A stretch of DNA of 64,000 bases. Source: Eledone cirrhosa. Its lineage: Eukaryota. The stretch covers positions 297,104,001-297,168,000 of the forward strand of contig OZ024740.1 of assembly GCA_964016885.1 (NCBI GenBank), in the 5' to 3' direction. The stretch's first letter is position 1. Each line of letters opens with the position of its first letter. Both the position numbers and the translations under genes were made by a program. Shown in pieces: positions 13,921 to 49,124 of the stretch. The notes below the pieces were generated by a model. It made no database searches, was not told the origin of the DNA, and saw only the letters and a list, made by a program, of their open reading frames with translations.

Positions 13921-15399
13921 ATCGCTACATCTGTTATTACAGCTATTAATGTTACAACGTCCTCTTTACACAGAGGTGACAATATAAATATATCAGGTGT
14001 TCGGGTATGGCGAAAATTACAGCTAAATGCTGATGGCATGCTGAAAAGGGTGACGGCAATTAAAGAAAATGAGGTTAAAAGTGAGGAGCCTAAGACATTT
14101 AAAACCGCATTGTTCTGTATTATTTGGTGGGGGATTGGTAGTATCGGTAGAGCGTCAAACACCATGTTTTGCAGCATAGAGTTATAGCCCTTTGTGTTCT
14201 GAATTCAAATCCCACCGAGATTAACTTTGCCTTTCATCCTTACGGGGTCGATAAAATAAAGTACCAGTAATGCACTGGGGTAATTGTTGGTATTGTGTCA
14301 AAAGTAGAAACAGTTATTTGGCGAATTGGCAGAGTCGTTAGAATGTCGGATAGAATGCTTTGCGGTATTCGTTTCGACTTTCTGCTTTCTGAGTTCAAAT
14401 CACGCCGAGGTCAACTTTGCCTTTCATACATTAGAGGTCGATTAATAAAGTACCAGTTTAGTACTGCGGTCGATTCTTCCTCTACATCTCTTTCTCATCT
14501 CCATTCTCTTTCCTTCTCTGGAAAAAAAATCTGCTGTATTCAGACCTGGAGAGAATCGGGCTCCGCCAGGTTTTAAAATGCCCTAGAAACGCCGTATGTC
14601 AATACGGCACCCCTGTGATTCCCTCAGGAATTACAGAACCATGCATGCATGTTCTGTATTATTTAGTTAACAAATCGAGGGTGGTGGATTGGCAGTATCT
14701 GTAGAGCGTCGGACAACATACTTTGTAGCTAATATTTTCGGTTTAGCTTTCCCTTTCATCATTACGGTGTCGATAAAAATAAACTACTAGAAATACACTG
14801 GGAACGATTTAATATATGTTCCCCTTCCCTTCAAATCGCTGACCTTATGTCAAAAGTAAAAGCCATTTAGTTGAAAATAGGGCTAAAGAACGCAGCATGG
14901 CCGAGTTGTTAAGGAATTCACTTCGTAATCATTAGGTTCTAGGTTCAGCGACAATACACTAATACAGAGTATCTGCTTTGTTGAGGCGCGTGGCCTAGAG
15001 GTAAGGGAGTTGGATATCATAATGTCGTGGGTTCCATTCCTGGACTGGGATACGTGTTGTGATCAAGAGCAAAACACGTCATTTCACGTTGCTCCAATAT
15101 ATCCAGCTGCTGGTTTAACCCTGCGACGGGCTGGCGTCCTGTCCAGGGCAAAATCTTGTACTTTCAATCGCTTCACGCTACGAAACTGGGATAAGCTCCA
15201 GCCTAACGAGCATTCTGCCTTGAAACAGACTTTAGCTTTTCGGAGGCGGACTGGAAGCGCCTGAGACTGAAGCTGTCAATTATAACTACATATGTTTCAG
15301 ATATGACATATTCGGGAATTTGGTTGTACTTCGTACTTTGAAGAAATCAGAAACTTGAATGCTCAAATTTTCGCTTTGTAATATAATTCATAATTTAGC

Positions 15400-15720
15400 T
15401 CTCAGCTCTTAGTCCGGCTTGTCCCGCCGGGAAGGTAAGCCAACCAATCGTCTCCAGTGCTCTCAGTCGGGGGCAATTCATTGACATCCATGCCAGGTGA
15501 TGGGTCGCCTTGGAATGTCCACCGCCAGGTCAACTTCGGATGACCTCTTTTCTGCTTGTCTTCGTGGGGAGTCCACGTCACCGCCGTTTTGGACGGGTGG
15601 TATTCTGAGAGGCACAGAATATGACCTGCAAAACGGAACCGATGCTCCTGCTTTCCAGAGGATCTCTTCGTTCCTAACTCGATCTCCCCAGTTAGAAAGT
15701 GTTTAGACACCTATCCGTCT
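15400..15720 (-). mobile_element. RTE-like LINE 3' fragment
   Basis: RFAGHILCL....PSKTAVTWTP...QKRGHPKLTW. Confidence 0.7.
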
Positions 15721-16461
15721 TGGCCGCGCGTTTCCACGTTTCGAGATCCGAGAGTACACATGCTCGAGCAGGCTGAAACAAACCTTATCTATGTATATTT
15801 AATCTCAGTGCAATTGTCGTTAGAGAGTCGGATTAAAATCGCTTCAGTATTTCTACCGGTTCACTTCCGGGAATTATCAAATAACTATTTTTGTGACGTT
15901 AAGCGAAGCTGTTGTCATCGCTGGCGGCTCGCCTTACAGCGGTGTCAGGTGACTTGTGAGAGTGTTTGGTTGTTTCAACGCCTTACTCTTGCCGTCACCC
16001 AGAGTAATGCTGCGAGAGTGTTGGCTTACCTCAAAATATTCCGTTGTCCTTTATGATGTGCTGCCGATTGCCGCACTTGGCAGTGAATTGATGGTTGTTG
16101 AATTTTCTTTCCTTTTCTTTTTCTCTCGCTTAGATTATATATTTTTGTTCATTACATTTGTAAGTTTCGTAGTAATAATTAATTGTAGTTATTATATGTG
16201 TTTATATTTTCAATCTGTAAGAATTATAATCTTACTTATACAATTGTATACAAATGAAATATTAATATATAGTGTGTTCAACTACTGCCAAGGTTAACTT
16301 TGCTTTTATCCTTTCGAGGTCGATAAATAAAGTAGCAGTCCAATACTGGACCGGATTCTTCAGCACTCTCCCTCTATCTTTATCTTTCTGTCTCTTTGTT
16401 TCTCTCTCTCTCTCGCTCTCTCTCTCTATCTCTCTCTCGCTCTCTCGCTCTCTCTCTCACG

Positions 16462-16503
<42 letters not shown>

Positions 16504-16805
16504 CTTTCATCTCACACTCTCTCTCCCTCTCCCTTCTCTCTCTCTGGAAGAAATCGGTTGTGCTCTGATCTGGAGGAGGATGGCTCTGCTAGGTTTTAAA
16601 ATGCCCATGACACATTGTGTGACAGGACGTTGTACCCTACAACTCCGTTAGCAGTTAAGGGCCGGATACCTTTACCATTCCCAATTTTCTTCACAAATTC
16701 ACGAAAAACATTACCCTGATTCCCATTTCATACCTGTTTTTTCCCTTTCTTTTCACTTGCCAAGTCTCTCCTTTCTGTCTCTTCCTCTTCCTCTCTTCCA
16801 CACAT

Positions 16806-16846
<41 letters not shown>

Positions 16847-17471
16847 CGATCTCGCTCTTTCTCTCTCCTTCCCTCTCTTTCTAGCTATATCTCTCTCTCA
16901 CTCACGACCAAAGAAGAAGCTCCTATGTAGTCGGTCAACTTGCTAAAAATAGCAACCAAATCTTCCTCATATCAGTTCCTTACTACTGCATTTTAAAACA
17001 ATGTAGACCACTGTAAATCAGAATGTATTCTTAGATATATCATTGGAACGTTAAAAGACTGTATGGTCATGGATGTAACGCTCAATAGCTGCCGAACTGG
17101 GACTAAATAACTTGCCACACACCACACACATTCTATCATCACACTACCCGCTCTCAGACTCATAGCTATAGAGAATAATTAGTCACTGTCCCAGATTGGG
17201 TTACACTAAAACGGGTTTACTTTTTATAGAACGTCTGGTGTATTCCTTCCAATCTGTGATCGAGTTAACCATCAATTTCGTTGGTTAGCTCTAACGATGG
17301 CCTCTGACAGACTCTGTCATCTTACCAATCTAGCAATAACATACCATTTGTGGCACTTGACTTATAAAACACACACACATACACGTCCCACACTTATATA
17401 TATATATTTGTATATATATATATATATATATTGTTATACTTTGGGAGGGTCATGTTGCCAATTCAGAAACG

Positions 17472-17506
<35 letters not shown>

Positions 17507-17649
17507 TAATAGAAAAGACGAGGAAATTTCGTTTACATATGAAAAATATTTATTGCGTATCGACCTGTTACGCGCGTTTCGCAGAGGATTGGCTCAAGGT
17601 GACCCATAGGAGTTATGGACCCCACTCCAGTATTTCACCGTACTACGTA

Positions 17650-17701
<52 letters not shown>

Positions 17702-18285
17702 TATATATATATTGATAAAAGGAATTCCAACTGTGTCTGATTTACTCGTTTTATTTACAATCCTTTAAAATTATAATGATATTATAATGAAATAGTATGG
17801 TAGAATATTAAATGTTAAGTGTTAATTGAACAAGTACTTTCATGCTTTCGCAATCTTCAGGTTCATATTCAGTGGTGACAGTCAAGTTTGCAATTTTCAA
17901 CTGTCAGTTGTTCAATTAACACTTAACATTTAATATTCTACCATACTATTTCATTATAATATCATTATAATTTTAAAGGATTGTAAATAAAACGAGTAAA
18001 TCCTATTAATATAAATCTTCTATACACAATCATACACACCCGTGTATATATATATATATATGTATATAACCAAATGTTAATAAGGTTCATTGATTACTCA
18101 ATGAATATAGTTTTACAATAGATTCAAAGCACCCAACAGCGAAGTTTTCTGGAGTTATTAATATTATTCAAAATATTAATAAATGAAGACATTTACATAA
18201 TCAAAATATGTTTTATTATATATATTTTGGAGGTACTGTGTTGTTTTTTCAGTACGTCCTCATCAGATAAAATACATGATAAAAT

Positions 18286-18326
<41 letters not shown>

Positions 18327-18328
<2 letters not shown>

Positions 18329-18686
18329 AAGGCGGGTAAAATTCCCGAGATCCATGGACGAGTTCTCTCCAGCGGTCTCTGTCCCTCATTATCGCTGCCA
18401 TGTCCTGCGTCTCCAACAGACCAGTGTCTGTCCTTAGGGCATCAACATACGTTAACCTTGGTCTTCCTCTTCTAGTGTGTCCATGTATGGGCCCCCAAAG
18501 GAGCACTGAGTGCAATGTCAACTCTGGATGTCGGTGAGCATGTCCAGCTAACCTCAGTCTCCTCTGTGTCACTTTTGAGCTGACTTTTGGGATGCTCCCA
18601 TACAGCTCTGAGTTTTTCATCCTCAGTGTATACTGATTAATGTTCAGAGCCATCCTCAGCATTCTCGTGTAGCACCCATCCACCAT
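18327..18686 (-). mobile_element. 3' end of an RTE/RTE-X-type LINE ORF2, flanked by (TA)n
   Basis: DGCYTRMLRMALNI...ELYG...RRLRLAGH...LLW.P.HG..RRGRPRLTYVD.L..DTG...DRDRWR. Confidence 0.85.
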
Positions 18687-19529
18687 CTATGACGACATAG
18701 TTTTGGTGACAAATATATATATATATAATTATATCTACGCGGTGCCTTCTCTAGGAGAAGGTTACACTGATAAAACCTGCGACTATGTTTGCATCCAATG
18801 TAGACCAGTTTTACTTTTTGTGCAAATGCATTTAATGTTCAGAGAGTGGGATTGGCCCCGTGCAAAACCTTTCCTCACTTAAAAAAGCTTCAAGCATAGG
18901 CATTGGTTGATATGTGACATTTTTTGTGATGCATGACATTGCTGGCAAGTCCGTAGCAGGACTAAAAAGCCACGCCCTTATGTATCAAGTGATGGCATCA
19001 CTCAAAATTGAGTTGGAGCCATCATGTATTATTACTATATATATATATATATATAGTGGTAATAGATATGTACAAAATCCAAGGTATAGAGCAACTCAAG
19101 TCCGTAGATCAAGTGTGAATATAATTATTAGTGCCAGTGATTACAACGGCGTCATACCAGGTATGTAGGTTTCGTTGGTGCTGAGTGAGGACCAACTTAT
19201 GCCGATGAAAACAGACCGGATAATGTTTACGCAAAAAGTAGGGCAGTGAAAGAGAGGAGAATTAAATCAAGGGCAGATAATCCGCATGATCTAGGGGAGA
19301 CAATTTGACCGTCAAATACCCAAATGAAAGACAGATACATTGAATCCATCTAATGGAATATACTACAAACATTTATAATGTATAAATGGGATCAAAGCCT
19401 GCAGATTATGTAATGATGAGAAATGGTGGATATTGAATAATCTCAAATGATAACAAACCACGTAACACGTATAGTGAGTTCTTCTCGAGATGTTCTCGCG
19501 TTTCTAAGTACCTTTAAAAGAAATGTTCT

Positions 19530-19668
19530 CAGAGTGACCCCAAAATCACTAAAACGTTTCAAAATATAATAACTCATTTATTTATTAAATATTGTAAATG
19601 AATTGTAAAAGAATTGTTATATTTTTTTTTATATTTTAAAACCTTCTAGTGACTTTTGGGCCACTTTG
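19530..19668. mobile_element. Tc1/mariner-type MITE just downstream of the gene B poly(A) signal
   Basis: TIRs CAGAGTGACCCCAAAATCACTA / CAAAGTGGCCCAAAAGTCACTA, with further pairing inward. Confidence 0.65.
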
Positions 19669-19727
19669 CATAAATGGGGTGCGTGTCTACATTAAAGAAA
19701 ACAACCATTTTCTGCTTCATTTTACTA

Positions 19728-19733
19728 TTTATT
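19728..19733 (-). terminator. Candidate polyadenylation signal AATAAA of gene B
   Basis: AATAAA about 340 nt after the stop on the minus strand, followed by a GT/T-rich stretch (tggttgttttcttt). Confidence 0.55.
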
Positions 19734-20069
19734 ACAATTTCAATTTCTGTCATCAGTATACAATAACATAAAGAAGTAATAAGCAGCCAATAACATTCTC
19801 TTCCTTCTAACTACGATGGTCGCTGCATTTAGTAATGTCAGAACACAAGAAACTGCTGGCATTTAGGCAGGGCATTTCTTTCTCTTCTTGTTACATATAT
19901 TTTCATTCGTAAATAGTTTTGCTTAGTTTTTGGTTAGTTTTCGTATAATTTCATTTCCTCGTTGCATTGTTGTTATTTTACACGTTTTCTTTTTTTTCGT
20001 TCTTTTTCACATCTAAATTACCGATATTTTTGTTGTTGTTGTTGTTTTGGTAAGTTGCTGTGAAAAATC

Positions 20070-40710
<20,641 letters not shown>

Positions 40711-40817
40711 TTATTGTTGTTATAGGTCCGTTGATTTGACACTCTGGATCAGGCAGTAACAAAAGTTTACTGCGAAGAGAAGAGGTTTGGAAACTGTTTG
40801 AAAGAATCTCTGATCCG

Positions 40818-40851
40818 ATATATATACAGAGGGGATAAGTTGTGTGAGTCA
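40818..40851 (-). promoter_or_regulatory. Gene B core promoter: TATA box (40818-40826) and canonical AP-1 site TGACTCA (40845-40851)
   Basis: Motifs read directly, 115-150 bp upstream of the ATG. AP-1/ARE sites are known functional elements of squid S-crystallin promoters. Confidence 0.7.
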
Positions 40852-41680
40852 TGCTAAATTGGCTCATTCAGGTCTGAGTTTTTTTGTGTGTATTTTTGTG
40901 AAAAGTTGTGAATTTGTGTATGTATATATATGCGTGCGTGCAGCGCATCTGTGTATATGAGTGCATGAATATACGCGGGTAAAGGTATGTATGTGTTGCT
41001 GTTTTATTTGTGTGTGTGCGTAGATGTATGGATGCCAGTGCATGTATGTGTAGGAGTATGTGTAACTGTATATGTAGGAGTATGTGTACCTGTATATGTA
41101 GGAGTATGTGTGCCTGTATGTGTAGGAGTGTGTGGATCTCTCAGTTTAACAATATATCTTTTGTGTAAATATAAGATAATTTGAGTGTTGTGTGTGTGTG
41201 TGTGTATTTGTCATAGTTGTGTGTCTGCTTGTATGTATGTGTGTATGTCTGTGTGTGTTTGCCATAGAAAACGGTGACGGTTGGGAGATAGAGAGCGATA
41301 TGGAATCTAAAGAGAGTAAAAGTGGATTGTTTGAGAGTAAGTGAGACTGAACATCCTGGTGGTTTTATTGAAAACTGTGGTAGTGAAAGTAGGAAGGGAA
41401 GGGGAGGTGGGAGGGATATAGAGAACAAATGAGAAATAGAGGTAAGTTAGCAGTGTTGGGGGGAGTATGAGAGCATATATATATATTGAATGGGATGGGG
41501 TAAGAGAGAGAGGGGGTGGGTAGAAATAGATAGAAAGAGAAAGAGAGAGAGAAGATAAGAGTAAATGAAAGGCTAAGACAGAAAGAAAGCTAAAGAGAGA
41601 GAAAGGGAGAAAGAGAGGGGAGAGAGAGTGGGAGAAAGAGAGGGGAGAGAGAGTCAAAGGAGAAAGAAGTTATGACTAAG

Positions 41681-41754
<74 letters not shown>

Positions 41755-42210
41755 GAATAACAGGAGAGAAAGAAAGAGCGAGGAGAGTGATTGGCAAAAA
41801 ATTGGGTGTGAAGAATGGACGATTCCAATGTGAGCTAGTGCAATCGTGTATCGGTTTGTCAGCGTTTGTATGTGTGCCTAGGCAAGTGGGTAATTGCGCG
41901 TGTTGGTGTATGTGTGTGTTTGTGTTTGTCTGATATTTCAGAATGATTGCGCGTACGTGTATGTAAATATATGTTTATGTGCGCGTGTATGTATATATAT
42001 GTGTTTGAATGTGTATATCTATGTGTGTGCGTTGTTCTTCAGCCAAGGGTTAACCATAGCAAATCAGATCTATGTTCAAAGTGGTTCCAGCCGTGACTGC
42101 ACCATCTTTTATATCGATGACTATATTATTAAATGCCTTCTACCTTCCTGTAGGATGTGATTTGAGGGAGATTGCTTGCTGTTTCTAGTAGTTCGAGTAA
42201 CCATATAGAG

Positions 42211-42356
42211 CAGGCATGGGCAACCTTTTTCAGGCAGTGGGCCGCATAGGATGTGGATCATCATAAGGCGGGCTACACTACTAAAAATCTCAAGGTAATT
42301 TTGAAATTAGGTATGCGATTCAGAAAGCCAAACGTGTCGCAGTTTGCTCATGACTG
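42211..42356. mobile_element. hAT (Charlie-like) MITE
   Basis: TIRs CAGGCATGGGCAA / CAGTCATGAGCAA; 8-bp TSD ATATAGAG / ATATTGAG (7 of 8). Confidence 0.8.
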
Positions 42357-43593
42357 ATATTGAGGCTTCTTCATTTGCCTACCCGGCTTTTGTCTGTATA
42401 CGAGACAGAAAAACCGACAGGCTTGCTTGTGAGAAAGTGAGAATGCATATTTATAAGTGTTTATGTATTCGAGTATTCTCAGTTCTCGAATAATGGTCGC
42501 CTCACCACGCTTATTAATTCTTCAGATTTTTTCCAATCCCCACCCTCCACTTATTACATTTTTCTAATCTATCTCCAGTAAAATTTTATTTTAAGTGGTA
42601 GTATTTCAGCGACAATTAATTTTCTTTAGACATTAAAAAACAAAAAACATTATATATGACAAAAAAGAACATTACTAGAAATCTCATACACTATAAAATA
42701 AATAGGATGGTTTGGGGTCTCAATATGTAAACTAAACGAGTAATTCTGGTTTAAAAAAAAAATCAACGGAGACAACCTAGAAAAATTACCGATTTTCTAA
42801 GCCCCGCTTATTCCTCCCAGTAATATTTGGGCTCCGATAGTATGTGTGTGCCTGTGTGTGGACATTGTTAACCCCGATTGTACAGTTAGAATACGATGGG
42901 GCTAAATTTAGTCAGTACCAAAAAAATGTTTTATACATTAAAATTACACGCGTATTGAAGAGAAACAATTCTTAGCTTTGATTATCATTTTTGTTGAGAG
43001 GGGTAAGGGGGGGCAACTCTAAAATCGAAACTAACTAAAATTTAAATTGGGGCATGCAATGGATAGTGACTCTGAACTATGATCTGTACTCTCGTTACCT
43101 CGTGTATATTTCGGTGTCATTAGATCTCGGCGAAACATAATCCTACTAGACATAAGAATGCCTGAGAAGTTAAAGATTTTTAGAGAAAAAACATTCACTG
43201 ATTTAGAATAATTTTTACATAAATAACAGTTAGTTATGTAGAAGTAACATAACTTATAAAGTGATACAAAACATGCACTGAAACTAAATACATTTTATAT
43301 AGTAAGCCAAAAAATTATAATGAAACGAAAATTCCTTATTTATAAGGATCATTATTCATATATACATTTGTTTTTGCAAGAGACGTCAACATAAATGGAC
43401 CTGTTATTTTTATCTAAAGACAGTTTTTCCAATTCCATCCCGCCCGTCCCTTCAATCTATCTTATTTCTCATTCTTTCTTCTGATGAAGGACTAGCGTCT
43501 GAAACCCGCTTCCTGTTATTTCAAGCGTTAACCTAATATTTTCTTTCCATATACTGTACCGATTGTGTTGTTATTTCTGTTTACATTTTACAT

Positions 43594-43628
<35 letters not shown>

Positions 43629-43797
43629 AGAGTGTGGTATCCTGGGTTCAATCGAGGCTAACAGTAAATAAGGTACTCAATACATAGTAGAGTATATACA
43701 ATGTCTAATATTGAAAGGCTTCTACAGGACTAGAACTTTTCCATTCGAAGGAAATCATCCGAATGAAACAGTTCTAGTCCTGTAGAAGCCACACACA

Positions 43798-43924
<127 letters not shown>

Positions 43925-44278
43925 GCAAAATATATATATATATAACAAAACAAACGACACAGTACAATGAAGAGATATATTATTAGTTTTACGCTTGATA
44001 TAGTAGGAAAAGAGTCTTAACGTTTCGTATGCTAGTCCTTCATAAAAAAATAGAAGAAGAAATTAAAGAAGAAATAGAATGATTGAGGAGACAGGTAGTG
44101 GCGGAAAAGAAAAATATTTTTAGAGTAAAGAAACAATATGACCTCCATCCATCCCTATCCCCACTTTCCCCTATCACCAGAATATGTATAAATACCACCT
44201 TATCACATTGACAGTCGGTTTTCCTGATCATTTCCTTCGAAGGAAACTGTTCTAGTCCTGTAGAAGCCATTTCTCTCT

Positions 44279-44385
<107 letters not shown>

Positions 44386-44444
44386 ATATTTATAGATAGT
44401 AATAATAATAATTTTGAAGACTAAAATATAAAGAGGGCTCGATA

Positions 44445-44545
<101 letters not shown>

Positions 44546-44666
44546 ATATATATAGTAATAATAATAAATGTGAAGACTAAAATCCAAAGTTTCAGAAGAT
44601 CCCGTTAAGGGTGAAAGCAGCGATTCTTTGCTTGAACTTTAATCTGTTATCTTAATAAATATATAT

Positions 44667-44734
<68 letters not shown>

Positions 44735-44959
44735 TCGGTGTGTGTCTGTTTGCGTCTGTGTGTGTCTGTGTGTGCGTCTGTATAATAATAATAATAATGG
44801 TTTCTGATTTAGGCACAAGGCCACCAATTTAAGGAGGGGAAAGTCGATTAAATCGACCCCAGAGTGTTACTGGTACATGATTTAGGAATGAACTGTCAAT
44901 CTATCATCATTGTTTATTTTCGAGATAGATTTATATTGTGTAGTCGAAATAGCGAGATA

Positions 44960-45250
44960 AAAATATAAATGGAAATATAAAAATAAAAATATAAAAATAT
45001 ATGTATGTGACAATAAAAAAAAAAAATAAAAAATAAATAAAAAAAAAAAAAAAATAATTAAAAAAAAAAATTTAAAAAATAAAAATAAAAATAAAATTAA
45101 ATTAAAAATAAAAATAAAAATAAAAATAAAAATAAAAATAAAAATAAAAATAAAATTAAAAATAAAAATAAAAATAAAAATAAAAATAAAAATAAAAATA
45201 AAAATAAAAATAAAAATGAAATCTAAAGATGAATATAAAAATAAAACTAT
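44960..45250. repeat. (AAAAAT)n-type A-rich repeat
   Basis: Direct reading. Confidence 0.9.
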
Positions 45251-45299
45251 GCATGGGGCGTCGTTATGTTCTTAATCGCTTTGAAGTGACTCGCTTCGG

Positions 45300-46110
45300 C
45301 CGAAATGTGTTTTCGGCTCAAATTATTTTAGTAGACAACATGGTGTTACCTAACTCGAAGGTGATCTCCCACGTGCACTTGATAGGTTTGATGCCGAGCG
45401 CTGCCTGGCGGGAAGGTAAATCAAGGCGGCGGAAACTGAGACACTCGTCTTTTCAAGAAAGCCTGTGCAGTGCACTCTACATGTGAATGGATTTCCACTG
45501 AAGCAGGAGGAAAAGCGCAAGTATCTCGGGGTCGTATTCACGAGTAATGGAAGGCATGAGGCTAAATTAAGTGCAAGAATTTCAGGAGTTGGTGCAAAAA
45601 TGCGCCAGCTTCTTCATTCGGTAATCAGAGGGGATGTAGGTGTAAAAGCCAAACTCGCTATCTTCAATTCTGTATTTATGATACCCTTACCATGGTCATG
45701 AATCTTAGGTAATGACCGAAAGAATACGACCGGGAATACAAGCGACAGAAATGGAGTTTCTCCGAAGGCTCTTTGGAATAACGTTACTCGATAGAGGGCG
45801 TAGCTCGGAGATCAGGGAGTCACTCCATGTAGAGCCACTACTTCTCCAAATTGAGAGATCACAACTCCGAAACTATGGACATATGGTTAGAATGCCTCAG
45901 GAAAGAATCACTGGAATGATTTTACGGGCAAAATCAACCGGCAGGAGACCCAGGGGTAGACCCAGATCAAGATGGTTGGATAACATCCATGAGCTTGGCT
46001 GCACTCGCTTGGGGATCCAGCCAGATCAGTTGCTTCTGAGAGGACTCGCTGGAAGGAGTGTTTAAGGACTCAGTCCCAACGACCCTCTCATGAATAATTG
46101 GGCGAAGAAA
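45300..46110 (+). mobile_element. RTE-clade LINE 3' fragment
   Basis: KYLGVVFTSNG...MTERIR..IQATEMEFLRR..G.TLLDR.RSSEIRESL.VEPLLLQIERSQLR.YGH.VRMPQER...RPRGRPRSRW. An RTE-like 5' UTR piece follows at about 46210-46450. Confidence 0.88.
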
Positions 46111-47127
46111 AATGAATGATATTATGAAAATACCATAATCATAATACTCCTGTTCTAGCTCGATGTGACTGGGGTCATCCTAGGTCAGCAATCTCAGAGT
46201 TATCATCGTGCATAGAGCCTGGGTCTAGTTTTGTCGTGGCGAGGGGGTTTATGTGTTCCGTAAATCCGAGAGAGCGTTACCGCCTGAGGCTTTGCTCCTG
46301 GTAGGGCCATCCTAGGCGGGTCGGCCTAACAATTCCAGACAACGGTGAACCCCGGTGCGTCGGCTCGCCGCCATGATGGCAGATCCATCATTCGACTATT
46401 CTGCCGAGGGCAAACAACCCGCCCTGAAGAACCACCAATCTGTTACGAAACCGATAATCATAATACTACAAGAAAAATACATCAATCATAATGTTATAGG
46501 GAAATTACAATAATAATGTCATAAGACCACAATATCTTAAGAGAAATATTGTGATCGCTGTATTATAAGCAGAATACCATAATCATAATATAGCAATAAA
46601 CATACGATAGTAATAATATTCCATGAAAATACAATAGACAAATCATAATATTGTAAGAAAATATCCTAATCAAAATAATATATACACTATGAGAAACAAA
46701 TACAAATAAGAAATAATGTTATTTGGAACCCGACAATGCGTGTTTGGTAAAATCGCCAAGTAAATAAGAAAGAAGAAGAAAAAAAAACACACAATGAAGT
46801 AAAGTAAAGAAAGTTACCTTAGTAATTTTTAATAATCCCAAATATTTTCGGATTTGCCACCCATTATCAAGGGGAATATTTAAGGTAGAGGAACCTTAGA
46901 GAGAAACCTGAGAAATGTCGTGGGCAACTGTTCGAATGTAAATATGTATATATTTATGCGCACGTACACACTCACGCACGCGCGCGCGTCGCGTGCATAA
47001 ATATATACATATTTACATTCGAAAAGTCGCCCACGACATTTCTTAGGGTTCTCTCTGCGGTTCCCCCACCTTAAATACCCACCCTGATAATGGGTGGCAA
47101 ATCTGAAAATATCTGGGATTATTAAAA

Positions 47128-47181
<54 letters not shown>

Positions 47182-49081
47182 CGCGCGCGCGCCCACCAGG
47201 CCATCAATTGCCTTAACTTGAACATAAATAAATATACACCAATCCAATGTTATTTTCGGACTCAAGCAAGTGCAATAACAACTGATCCCACCGAGAGAAC
47301 ATTATTGGCAGTATCGGTAGAGGGTCAGACGCCGTGCTTTGCAGCAAAGAGTTACGGCCCTTTATGGTCTGAGTTCAAATCCCGCCGAGGTTAACTTTGC
47401 CTTTCATCCCTACGGGGTCGATAAAATAAAGTACCAGTAATACACTGGGATAATTTCTGGCCTTGTGCCAAAAGTAGAAACAATTATATCAGAGACTTGT
47501 GAACGGGGAACTTATTCCACTCCCGGAAAATTACCTTCTAAAGTGTAGGCACGGACAAGTATTTTTGTGTTTATTGTTAGTGAGTAGCCGGCAATATCCC
47601 ATGCATGAAAGTCTTCCCTCTCCACGAAACCGACGCTGTTCAAAAAAGAACATATAACTTAATATCAATGTTGCTGCAGGCATTGTTGGAATAGATGCCA
47701 CAAGGCAGCTCCATCGCTCAAACAATAGACAACCCACCTCACTGAACTAAAAAAAAAAAAAAAAAATTAAGAAACATTAATTGACTCTTTTCCAATGACA
47801 TTAAAATATTTCTTTTCGGGAATACATACACGCCGAAAAGCCACTCAATGACCTCAATTCTTATATTCTGGGCTTCCTCACCATGTCTCTCCAACACCGG
47901 TTTCTTCACAAAATCATTGATCTTGGATTTGCAATGGTCTGTGGTGTTCCTCATCGCTCATTTCAATATTACAGATCTCAACCGTTTCGACGGCTAATTA
48001 GCCGTCGAAACGGCTTGAGCTCAGCCGTCGGGGTCTTACTGGTTCCTATATATATATATATATACCTTCTCGTACGTATATTTGATTGTTATGGCGCATA
48101 ATGTTTTTTATATATTCTGGTATTTAGGGTTTGGCTATGTGTATACGGGAGTTTTGCGTCTGCGTGAGTATGCAGGTTCGTACGTATGGTGGCTGTGTGT
48201 ATATGTGTACTTCTTGTTTTAGTTGACTTACGTCTCCGAACATTCGTGTATTTATATGTAGGTATGTGTGTGCACTTGTTATATACGTATTTATTTATTT
48301 ATATACGTTTATATAATTATTTATTTATTGTACACAAGCATACACACACACATATTTATATGTGCGTGGTTTTGTATACCTATGGTAAGGTTCTGCGTAT
48401 GCTTGTGTATGTACGTATTTGTTTGCGTGTATGTATTTATTTATTTCTATTACTTCTGTATTGTATTTATTTACTTTGTTCTTAACTCTGTAGCGGAGAT
48501 TCATTTGGTCTCCTAGTTAGAATTTTAGTCTACAACTTCTGCTATACCATTTACGTGGTTTTGTCTTTGCGTGCTATTGTTCTCCACGCTCCACATATGA
48601 CTTATTATCTTCGTTTTTTCGTTCATTTCCAGAGAACGTCTCTATGCACCACCTAAGAGAACATTAGTCTACGACCTCTTTTATACCATAAACGTGGTTC
48701 TGTCTTTGCGCGTAATTGTTTTTCACCGCTCCTTTTAATGACGTATTATTCGTTTTTTCCCGTTCTTTGCCAGCGAACGTTTCCACGAACCAAAGTATCG
48801 TCTTCCTGTCTTCCTCCGGTTGCAACGTTTTTTGAAATATCCAGTTCTGCGTTTACAGATTGACTTTGTTAGTTTCAGAAGATCCCGTTAAGGGTGAAAG
48901 CATCGATTCTTTGCTTAAACTTTAATCTGTTATTTAATAAATATATATATATATATGTGAATATAGACATAGAATATTCGAAAATATTCTGTATGTTTAT
49001 AATAAACATTTTGAAGACCTAATCGCTATAGAATAGAATACGTCACGTATTACAATTAGATTCTCGATAAAAGCAAGGGAA

Positions 49082-49124
49082 GTAATCTACGCGTTTCATT
49101 CTTGTTAGAAATCTTCAGGACTAC
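49082..49124 (-). ncRNA. Type I hammerhead ribozyme, inverted array copy
   Basis: Reverse complement of the same motif. A further copy at 49392-49430 is clipped in stem I by the inversion junction. Confidence 0.85.

Noticed and set aside
47739-47954. Minus-strand ORF beside the 47975 palindrome as a possible PLE endonuclease tail
   Set aside because: No diagnostic motif that could be confirmed by eye.
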